Source: a virus (taxonomy: Duplodnaviria > Caudoviricetes). Taken from it: a DNA stretch of 35,896 nt. The notes under the pieces were generated by a model that was not told the DNA's origin, did no database searches, and worked only from the letters and a program-made list of their open reading frames with translations. Positions 26,118-33,138 of the stretch are shown one piece after another (positions within the stretch are counted from its first letter, which is position 1; each line of letters starts with the position of its first letter). The stretch covers positions 1 through 35,896 of IMG/VR virus record IMGVR_UViG_3300026534_000118, one strand, 5' to 3'. The position numbers were made by a program, and so were the translations under genes.

Positions 26118-26819
26118 TCAGGCCTGGCCGCCACCTGCCGGGCAGCAGCCGAGCCGCGCCCGCATCTCGGCGATGGCCGCCCTGGCCGTGGCGCTGGCCC
26201 GTTGCCGCTCGACCGGCGTGACGGCCTTGCCGGTCCGGTCTTCCAGTCCGCCGCTGGCGTCTTCCGCCGGCCAGGTGTGCCGGCCTGCGGCGATGCGCCT
26301 GTACAGCGGCGCGAAGCGGCGCAGGCCTTCCCGCTCGGAAAGCTGCGACCAGCAGAACACGTCGCAGTCCGGATGGCGCGCGGCGGCCAGCACGGCCGGG
26401 TGCCGATACCGCTGGCGCAACGTGCCTGGCATGCCGATGGCACGGCAGATGATGCGCCAGGCCTCTGCGGCATCCGGAATGCCGGCGGCCTCACGGCAAA
26501 GCCTGGCGAACTCATGCGCCGATGGCGGCCAGTCGCTGTCCAGCGCTTCCAGGCCGAGCCTGATGGCATCTCCGTCTAGCCCAGCAAGAACTTGCGCCCA
26601 CTCGTTCACGGCTTCGTCTTCGTTGCCGTCGATGAACGTCAGCCACTTGTGCCCATAGCGCAGACGGAACTTGTCGAACAACGCGGCCACCCAGTGTTTC
26701 GGCAGCTCAGGTTTCGTCGAGCCTCTCGGCGAAGCCGTTGCGTGCGATGTCTTCTGCGGCGATTGCCTTGAGCCTGTCCCTGACACGACTCGAGCGGCTG
26801 CTGTGCTGACGTGCTGCAT
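26118..26819 (-). CDS. Replication protein P-like (helicase loader)
   Basis: LF..F...YG.KW, W...LAG and WPPS..EF..LC motifs; follows the initiator; start reassigned to 26819. Confidence 0.65.
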   Translation of the reverse strand: MQHVSTAAARVVSGTGSRQSPQKTSHATASPRGSTKPELPKHWVAALFDKFRLRYGHKWLTFIDGNEDEAVNEWAQVLAGLDGDAIRLGLEALDSDWPPSAHEFARLCREAAGIPDAAEAWRIICRAIGMPGTLRQRYRHPAVLAAARHPDCDVFCWSQLSEREGLRRFAPLYRRIAAGRHTWPAEDASGGLEDRTGKAVTPVERQRASATARAAIAEMRARLGCCPAGGGQA

Positions 26820-27630
26820 GACGTGTTCCCCCTTGCGTCTTGCGATAGGCCCGCTCGTTGGCGAGCCACTTGCGAAACTCTGCATCCCAGTTTTCCCGCA
26901 ACGTGCCGCGCGCCTGGTGATGCGCCACGAAGGCCAGCACGCATTCGTGCGGGTCTGGAAACCGGTGAGCCCGTGCGTATTCCACGTGCTGCTCTGTGAC
27001 AGCGAAATCGTCTGGCATCGGCGTTCTTTCGCGTGTGAGCGAATCAACGCGCGCGCGCGATCTAAGCCGTTCGTTACCCTCGCTGGTAGTAGAATCCGTA
27101 TATTCCCGGATCCCCGGAGGTATGCCCTTCCTCCCATGCCCCTCACATGCCCTTCCTGCCTGTGGATAACACTGTTCAGGCCGCATGAATACGACGTTTC
27201 CGCCATGCCCCTCACATGCCCCTGCTTTCATGCCCTTCCTATGCCCTTCCTCATTCGGACGGACTTCTCCTGAATGGCCTGAATCTTCCAAAAATTTTGG
27301 GTCTACAGAGGCTTTTGGCAGGCGAATAATCATGTCCTCGAAGCGCGCACTCCTGACGAACTCGACCAGGCCGGCAGACTCAAGCTGTTTCAATGCAATG
27401 CGCAGCTTCTTCTTCGTTATGTAGGCTTCGTCATCGCGCTTCGTGCTGCCGTTCTTTCGCTCGACCGTAAGAACTTCACGCATCATCTGGTACGAGATTT
27501 TTCTTCGTTCGCCGACGAGGCCTGTGCGGTAATCCATGCATCTTCGCAGCCCACGCAAGTACAACAGTTGCGCGAAGTGCGGCAGACCCTGTAGGGCCTC
27601 GTCTTCCCCTTCGTTCCATTGCGTGTTCAT
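26707..27630 (-). CDS. Phage replication initiator (O-like; DnaT-like C-terminal domain)
   Basis: LYLRGLR..MDY.TG.VG motif; C-terminal F..HH......W...F.KWL; carries internal iterons. Confidence 0.72.
   Translation of the reverse strand: MNTQWNEGEDEALQGLPHFAQLLYLRGLRRCMDYRTGLVGERRKISYQMMREVLTVERKNGSTKRDDEAYITKKKLRIALKQLESAGLVEFVRSARFEDMIIRLPKASVDPKFLEDSGHSGEVRPNEEGHRKGMKAGACEGHGGNVVFMRPEQCYPQAGRACEGHGRKGIPPGIREYTDSTTSEGNERLRSRARVDSLTRERTPMPDDFAVTEQHVEYARAHRFPDPHECVLAFVAHHQARGTLRENWDAEFRKWLANERAYRKTQGGTRHAARQHSSRSSRVRDRLKAIAAEDIARNGFAERLDET
27122..27251. repeat. Putative replication origin: ATGCCC iterons plus a DnaA box
   Basis: 7 ATGCCC units at 27122, 27136, 27147, 27205, 27216, 27230 and 27241; TGTGGATAA (=TTATCCACA) at 27161-27169. 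Confidence 0.75.
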
Positions 27631-27766
27631 GTTTCGCGCTCCGGTTTCATTTGACCTTGCACCGACTTCCGATTGTGATAAACATAAGTGAACAAGGTTG
27701 GGCAGGCGGTGCACCACCACCGCCTGCCCCATCCAGCCCCATTCCACTTGCTTTTCGGAGGAAAAA

Positions 27767-28261
27767 ATGGAGCCGAATCTCGAAAACTATGTGCGCATGA
27801 TTCCGCGCACGGTTTGGAATATGGTGGGTGAAATGCCGTTCATTCTCTTCATTCTGGCTCTTCCGTTCGCCTGGTGGTACACGGGCAGCTTTTACGAGGC
27901 GATTCCCTATGCGATGTTCGCTGTCGTTCCCGGCCTTGCATACACGCTGTGGAATCTTTTTCCGGAGCATATTTGCTGCGGCGTACGATGGGACAGGCGA
28001 GGCAAGCCGCGCTGCCCTTTTTGCAAGACTCGGCTTGTTGCGGCGCCGACAGCTGTCGTCAAGACAAGCATCGAGGAACACCCTACCAAAACAAACTGGG
28101 TGACCGGCGCGCCGAGCAAAGTCGTGAAAAAGGAACGCCATTACAAAATCACCACGCTCAAATGCCCAGGGTGCAAGATGGTGCACCAGCTGCATGACGA
28201 AAAAGGCAGGCCTGTTGAGCTGGCCGACGCAAAGCGCCTGGCCGCCGAAACGCGGCTGTAG
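27767..28261 (+). CDS. Moron: two-TM membrane protein with Zn-ribbon motifs
   Basis: GGAGG RBS; two hydrophobic helices, CPFC and CPGC; opposite strand to its neighbours. Confidence 0.65.
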   Translation: MEPNLENYVRMIPRTVWNMVGEMPFILFILALPFAWWYTGSFYEAIPYAMFAVVPGLAYTLWNLFPEHICCGVRWDRRGKPRCPFCKTRLVAAPTAVVKTSIEEHPTKTNWVTGAPSKVVKKERHYKITTLKCPGCKMVHQLHDEKGRPVELADAKRLAAETRL

Positions 28262-28267
28262 CCAGTC

Positions 28268-28717
28268 TCAGCAAATCTCATTCCTCTTCACCTCTTCGCG
28301 CAGCGTGTTTTCCAGTACCGCCAGGGCATGGCGGGCTTCCCGGATCTCGCGCATGATGCGCATGTGCTCCTTGGCGTCGATGACACCGTCCGTCAGCGCC
28401 TCTTCAACCGCTTTTGACACGTCGCCGGTTTCGCTGGCGGTGTGAATTACGGCCAGGGCCGCGCTGCTGTTGCGCTCGTGCGTGGATGTGACCACGCGCG
28501 CGCCGAACATGCCGGCCAGGGCCTCCAGTGGCGAAAGATCGCCCGTGTCATCAATGATGGCCACCAGCTCGCCGACGTGTGGCATGTGCATCTCGTCGGC
28601 CGGGTTCAGCTTGTTGATGAGGGTCTGCTCGCGCTTGCCAAGGCGGCGCGCCAGGCCGCAGATCCCGCCTCTGGCCGCCTTGGCGCTCTGGTGCAGCGCC
28701 ATCAGAAACTCGTCCAT
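28268..28717 (-). CDS. Phage regulatory CII-like protein
   Basis: GG...LA..LG....TL.NKLNP and ETGDV...V..AL.DG.ID..E motifs; start at 28717. Confidence 0.8.
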   Translation of the reverse strand: MDEFLMALHQSAKAARGGICGLARRLGKREQTLINKLNPADEMHMPHVGELVAIIDDTGDLSPLEALAGMFGARVVTSTHERNSSAALAVIHTASETGDVSKAVEEALTDGVIDAKEHMRIMREIREARHALAVLENTLREEVKRNEIC

Positions 28718-28799
28718 CGACTCCCTCCCGTGTTCGCGGCGCAGGAAAAACCCTGCGCATGTTGTGCATATTTGCAAGAATTCATGACGAAAACGCAGC

Positions 28800-29051
28800 T
28801 CATGCCGCCTCCTCACGCTCGCGCAGGCAGGCAGGACACTGGCACCAGGCCTCTTTTGGATAGAGGTCAGGGCGCAGGTCATGGCGGCTGACCTGGTAAT
28901 CGGTGGCGGCTTCGATAGCGAGGACGCGCTCTGCAGGTATTGGTTTATCGCTATGTTTCCATTCATGTATTGCCTGACGCGACACTCCGGCATATTTGGC
29001 AAGTAGCGCTCCAGAGCCAATCATCTCTACTATCTGCTTACGAGTAATCAT
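28800..29051 (-). CDS. Cro-like (YdaS-type) regulator
   Basis: HTH GVSRQAI..W, IPAERV.AIE.AT..QVSRHDLRPDLY. Confidence 0.85.
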   Translation of the reverse strand: MITRKQIVEMIGSGALLAKYAGVSRQAIHEWKHSDKPIPAERVLAIEAATDYQVSRHDLRPDLYPKEAWCQCPACLREREEAA

Positions 29052-29058
29052 ACACCAA

Positions 29059-29088
29059 ATGATAGGCATACCATACACTCCACGTCAA
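29059..29088 (-). promoter_or_regulatory. PR-like promoter (probably leaderless cro mRNA)
   Basis: TTGACG-N18-TATCAT; 7 nt separate the -10 from the cro ATG (29051). Confidence 0.6.
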
Positions 29089-29124
29089 GCTTCCTTTCCT
29101 CCTGTCAATGTAACTTCACCTATC

Positions 29125-29595
29125 ATGGCTAGCATAGGTGACAGAATTAGAGAGGCGAGAATTCGTGCGGGATTCTCTATAGCTGAATTGGCCAGACGTG
29201 TTGGTGTCTCAAGAGCATCTGCTCAGCAGTGGGAATCAGGCGCTTCAAAAGGGTTAAAACCTGAAAATTTGATACGCGTTGCGGATGCGCTTGGCGTTCA
29301 ACCGAAATGGCTTGCGTTAGGAAAAGGGCCGATGTCCTTAGATAACGTATCAGACAGAAACATCCAAGCTAGCGTAGGGCTCGCGAGAGCGGGAGAACCA
29401 ATTTCTATTTCGCTGACAGAGTATTTAGAAAATCTTCGCCAGCGCGTTCACACGGCGCCGGAGAGCATTCGCCACGATGCGAGCCAGCTCATCATGAAAT
29501 ACCTTGAGAGCGACGACGAGGGTTCGTCCTCACGCCTGCTGCACGCCATCGAGGCGCTGTTGAACGAGGAAGAAAGCGCCAACGGGCCTGGTTGA
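29125..29595 (+). CDS. CI-like repressor (HTH_XRE, no recognizable S24 peptidase domain)
   Basis: IGDRIREAR...G.S..ELA..VGVSR.S.QQWESG, WL..GKGP; divergent from cro. Confidence 0.85.
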   Translation: MASIGDRIREARIRAGFSIAELARRVGVSRASAQQWESGASKGLKPENLIRVADALGVQPKWLALGKGPMSLDNVSDRNIQASVGLARAGEPISISLTEYLENLRQRVHTAPESIRHDASQLIMKYLESDDEGSSSRLLHAIEALLNEEESANGPG

Positions 29596-29604
29596 CGCCA
29601 TGGT

Positions 29605-29618
29605 GTTTCCCGGGAAAC
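29605..29618. repeat. Palindrome copy 6 (16-bp TGTTTCCCGGGAAACA)
   Basis: Perfect; between the repressor stop and the terminator. Confidence 0.9.
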
Positions 29619-29619
29619 A

Positions 29620-29646
29620 AAAAACCCCGCACAAGGCGGGGTTTTT
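29620..29646. terminator. Bidirectional intrinsic terminator
   Basis: AAAAACCCCGC-ACAAG-GCGGGGTTTTT between convergent genes. Confidence 0.85.
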
Positions 29647-29666
29647 GTTGATTGTTGGTGTTCGTA

Positions 29667-29822
29667 TTACGCCGCTTTTTCCAGTTCAGAATCGGCATAT
29701 CGATCCGTATTCCAGGTGAACCACCCGGTATTTCGCAGCTCGGCATGGCTCATTTTCTCGAGTTCGTGTTCAATCGCGGTCCTGATGAATGCGAAAAACT
29801 CGCTATCAGTCTTGATTTCCAT
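29667..29822 (-). CDS. 51-aa hypothetical protein (not in the ORF track)
   Basis: GGAGG RBS at 29830-29834; MEIKTDSEFFAFIRTAIEHELEKMSHAELRNTGWFTWNTDRYADSELEKAA*. Confidence 0.6.
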   Translation of the reverse strand: MEIKTDSEFFAFIRTAIEHELEKMSHAELRNTGWFTWNTDRYADSELEKAA

Positions 29823-30386
29823 TTAGTTTCCTCCAGAGGATTCAATAACCAGCCATTTATATTGACGATAAACTTGGTACTCGCCCCAGTCGCCAGCCGT
29901 CGCGACGAGCGAATCGAACATGTTGAGCAATTCCGGCGAACGGCCGTAGATTTTGAATTTCCGCACCCCATTCTGGTATGCGAGATTCATCGCCGAAACG
30001 ATCGCGAAACCAATGATATGAATGGCTCCACCGATGGTATTCGAATCGACTTCTTCTTCGAGCTGAAAAAGCAAAATCGGCTGTAAATTGAAATCCAGCA
30101 ACTTCAATGACGGATCCTTTGATTTATGCGCATCCGTCATGTCAACGACGGCCACCGGTATATCATGGCCGCCAGAACCATCCTTGGTTGTTACAACATA
30201 TAGACGCCAGTCACCGTTTTCGGTTCCTGGGTCGGCATAACCTTTCCACCAACTAAGTTGGCGCTCCAGCATCGGCCAGAAGACATCGGCCTTCTCCGCT
30301 GGCATGCTTTCGATCTGCTCTGTCCATGTTTCTTCTATGCGCTTCAGCAGACGCGCATCTAACTCGTGAAACTCTAAATCATCCAC
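29823..30386 (-). CDS. Low-GC moron hypothetical protein
   Basis: Likely GTG start at 30386 behind AAGGA; AT-richer than the flanks. Confidence 0.6.
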   Translation of the reverse strand: MDDLEFHELDARLLKRIEETWTEQIESMPAEKADVFWPMLERQLSWWKGYADPGTENGDWRLYVVTTKDGSGGHDIPVAVVDMTDAHKSKDPSLKLLDFNLQPILLFQLEEEVDSNTIGGAIHIIGFAIVSAMNLAYQNGVRKFKIYGRSPELLNMFDSLVATAGDWGEYQVYRQYKWLVIESSGGN

Positions 30387-30678
30387 TCGCGTCGTTCCTT
30401 CTCCGTTTTCGGATTCACGATATTTAGCGGCGCGCCGTGGACCGATCTTGAGTCTTCCGGGAAATCCTGATCGCCATCCTTTGCCACAAAAATAGTAAGC
30501 CAACAATGACCGATGTATATACGCATTGTATATACACAATCATAGCCACGCAAAGCGAATTTCCCACTAAACCCTCCCCGCCAAGAACGCAATTCCACTT
30601 GAGATGTATTGCTTACTTGACGGAAGATGTACGGTATGCTTTACTCTGTAGCGCAATCCAACTACCAAGGAGGTCGCC

Positions 30679-30858
30679 ATGCACGCCACCGATGCAAACC
30701 CGCTGCGCAACTACGTGATCCGCCAGCACCGCGACTACGCCCAGACAGCCCTGAACGACGCGCGCTACGCCCGCTGGGTGGCGCGCCGCGAGGCCTGGCT
30801 GCGGGCCCGGGCCGAGGGCCTGAGCCTGCGTTTTCCCCTTGAGCTGGTCGAGGCCTGA
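30679..30858 (+). CDS. 59-aa first gene of the early (PL-like) operon (not in the ORF track)
   Basis: AAGGAGG RBS; MHATDANPLRNYVIRQHRDY...LVEA*. Confidence 0.6.
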   Translation: MHATDANPLRNYVIRQHRDYAQTALNDARYARWVARREAWLRARAEGLSLRFPLELVEA

Positions 30859-30861
30859 GCA

Positions 30862-31095
30862 ATGGATGGCGAGAAATTGCTGCTGGCGATGCTGATCTGG
30901 GTGCTGGCGAGCCTGCCTGCTGGCGTGCTGCTTGGCACGTTCATCGCCCGGGCGAATGATGAGGGCGAGCCACGGCCCAGGCCAGGCGTTCGGCCGCGCC
31001 ACGGCAACGCCAACGTAATCAAGTTCCCGCGCCGCAAGCGCCAGTACCACGGCGCGCGGCTGCCGGAGCCTCCCGAACCGCCGGAGGCGGCGTGA
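30862..31095 (+). CDS. Small single-TM protein
   Basis: Hydrophobic N-terminus, then a basic Pro-rich tail with NVIKFP. Confidence 0.55.
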   Translation: MDGEKLLLAMLIWVLASLPAGVLLGTFIARANDEGEPRPRPGVRPRHGNANVIKFPRRKRQYHGARLPEPPEPPEAA

Positions 31096-31637
31096 TGATG
31101 GCGTCCACTTTCGACGTGGCTATGAACTGGCTGGTGGGCGTGGAGGGCGGCTTTTCCGCCGATCCTGACGACCCCGGCAACTGGTCTGGCGGCGAGCTGC
31201 GCGGCACCAGGTACGGAATCAGCGCGGCGCGCTACCCGGATCTGGACATCGCCTCCATGACTCTGGAACAGGCGAAGGTCCTCTACCGGCGCGACTACTG
31301 GGGCCGCTACCGCTGTGGAGAGCTGCCCGCGCCGCTGGGCGTGGCGCTGTTCGATGCCGTGGTGCAGCACAGCCCGCGCCAGGCGATCCGCCTGCTGCAG
31401 GATGCCGTGGGCGCTGCCACCGACGGCCTGTTGGGGCCGGCCACGCTGGCTGCCGCGAATGATGCGGACCGGCATCTTGCCGCTCGCCTGTTTCTGCGCA
31501 ACCGGCTCGGCTACTACCACCGCATCATGGTGCGCCGCCGCTCGCTCGAGAAATTTCTGCGCGGGTGGTTCGACCGCGTGCTGCGGCTGGAAGCCTTTCT
31601 CATCCACCACCAACTGATGGAGGCGCGGTATGACTAG
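31092..31637 (+). CDS. Glycosyl hydrolase family 108 lysozyme with peptidoglycan-binding C-terminus
   Basis: EGGF..DP.DPG, T.YGIS, Y.RDYW, FD.VVQH, LQ.AVG...DG..GP.TL and F.RGW..R motifs. Confidence 0.9.
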   Translation: MMMASTFDVAMNWLVGVEGGFSADPDDPGNWSGGELRGTRYGISAARYPDLDIASMTLEQAKVLYRRDYWGRYRCGELPAPLGVALFDAVVQHSPRQAIRLLQDAVGAATDGLLGPATLAAANDADRHLAARLFLRNRLGYYHRIMVRRRSLEKFLRGWFDRVLRLEAFLIHHQLMEARYD

Positions 31638-31902
31638 CAAAACCTACACGGTCCAGGAGGCCGCCCACATCCTCGGCGTGGGCCAGCGCGAGCTGTTCCG
31701 CTACCTGCGCGAGCACCGCGTGATCGACGCCGGCAACATTCCCTATTCCTACTACCTAGACAACGGCCTGATGAAGGTGCGCTATTCGAGCTGGGCCAAG
31801 CCAGGCGATCGGCGTGCGCACCATCACGCGCGGCCGCTGGTAACGCCGCGCGGGCTCGACTGGCTGCGCGGCCGGCTGGCCGAAGAAAGGAAGGCGTCAT
31901 GA
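31630..31902 (+). CDS. Stand-alone antirepressor KilAC (ANT) domain protein
   Basis: EAA.ILG.G...LF..LRE, N.PY..Y...G and VTPRG..WL motifs. Confidence 0.78.
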   Translation: MTSKTYTVQEAAHILGVGQRELFRYLREHRVIDAGNIPYSYYLDNGLMKVRYSSWAKPGDRRAHHHARPLVTPRGLDWLRGRLAEERKAS

Positions 31903-32465
31903 GGGGCGTGATTCTCGATACGGAAACCACGGGTCTGCTGCCGGAGCGCGGCCACCGCATTATCGAGCTGGCCGCCATCGAGATCCGTGAGGCCTTTCCG
32001 CCAGCCGGACAGGCCATCGAGCCGACCGGCATGGCCTTCTACGCGCGGCTTGACCCGGAGCGCGACAGCGACCCAGGCGCCATGGAAGTGCACGGCATCA
32101 CCAGAGAGATGACGCTTGGCCAGCCGCGGTTCTCCGACGTTGCCGATGCATTTCTGGCCTTCGTGCGCGGCAGCATGGTGATCATCCACAACGCGCCGTT
32201 CGACACGGGCTTCATTGACGCCGAGCTTGCCAGACTTGGACCGGACTACGGCCGCCTGCACGATCACGCCATGGTGCTATGCACGCGCCAGATGGCCTAT
32301 GAGCGCCTGCCCGGCATGCGCCACAGCCTGGACGCCCTGTGCCTGCACTACGGCATCGACACCAGCCACCGCGCCCTGCACGGCGCGCTGACTGACGCGA
32401 TGCTGTTGCTGGAGGTGTACAGGCGCCTGGTGGCAGAACCCGGCCGTGAGGAGGTCAGCGCATGA
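31899..32465 (+). CDS. DnaQ/epsilon-like DEDDh 3'-5' exonuclease
   Basis: LDTETTG, HRIIE, VHGIT, HNAPFD, SLDALC and HGALTDA motifs. Confidence 0.9.
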   Translation: MRGVILDTETTGLLPERGHRIIELAAIEIREAFPPAGQAIEPTGMAFYARLDPERDSDPGAMEVHGITREMTLGQPRFSDVADAFLAFVRGSMVIIHNAPFDTGFIDAELARLGPDYGRLHDHAMVLCTRQMAYERLPGMRHSLDALCLHYGIDTSHRALHGALTDAMLLLEVYRRLVAEPGREEVSA

Positions 32466-32646
32466 CAATGAGTAACCTGCGCACCCGGCTCATGGCCAGG
32501 CGCATCTGGCGGCGGCACGCACGGCACCGTCTTCCGCGCCCTCTCAGACACCGCACCTTTCTCCGACGTTACTCCGGCGTGGGCTGGGGCCGCGGCACGG
32601 AGTTTCACCTGCGCAGGCGTTTTCAAACCTTAGCAAGGAGGAAGCC

Positions 32647-32949
32647 ATGAACATCTACGACCATGCCAGGAGCGTGCTGTACCAGGAGTGGCGCCACAAC
32701 TGCGCTCTGGTAGACGAGTACGATGCCAACAGCAACACGCTGCGCCGCCAGACGCGCGACGACACCTTTTCCGGCTGGCTGTCCGGCTGGTGCGAAGCCA
32801 TGCGTCTTGCCGCTGACACCAACCCGGCCTGGTGGCCGGTGCTGGACGATGCGCGCGCCCTGCGCGACCTGTGGCTGTTTCGCGCCAACCAGAGCATTTT
32901 CGATTACCTGGACAAACTGGAGAAGAACCATGCTCGTTCTGTCGCGTAG
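32647..32949 (+). CDS. Hypothetical protein
   Basis: GGAGG RBS; in the early operon. Confidence 0.55.
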   Translation: MNIYDHARSVLYQEWRHNCALVDEYDANSNTLRRQTRDDTFSGWLSGWCEAMRLAADTNPAWWPVLDDARALRDLWLFRANQSIFDYLDKLEKNHARSVA

Positions 32950-33112
32950 GCTCGGCCAGGCCATTGTGGTGAATGGCAACGTGGAAATCCGCGTGCTTGG
33001 CCAAAACACGGACGGCTCCATCCGCATCGGCATCATCGCGCCACCGAATGTCACCGTGCACCGCGAGGAAGTCCAGATGCGGATCAACGCCGAGAAAGCC
33101 GAGAACAAATGA
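32930..33112 (+). CDS. csrA: CsrA/RsmA-family RNA-binding regulator
   Basis: MLVLSRRLGQAIVV...VEIRVL......IRIGI.AP..V.VHREEV; real start is the ATG at 32930. Confidence 0.88.
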   Translation: MLVLSRRLGQAIVVNGNVEIRVLGQNTDGSIRIGIIAPPNVTVHREEVQMRINAEKAENK

Positions 33113-33113
33113 C

Positions 33114-33127
33114 GTTTCCCGGGAAAC
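33114..33127. repeat. Palindrome copy 7
   Basis: Perfect 14-mer directly abutting the AGGAG RBS (33128-33132) of the ParB-like gene. Confidence 0.9.
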
Positions 33128-33138
33128 AGGAGATGACC

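Noticed and set aside
27122-27251. CRISPR-like array
   Set aside because: The units are 6-18 bp, lie in frame within a gene and have no unique spacers; they fit iterons.
30452-30465. Eighth palindrome copy (GTCTTCCGGGAAAT)
   Set aside because: Three mismatches to the 14-mer, so plausible by chance; not counted.
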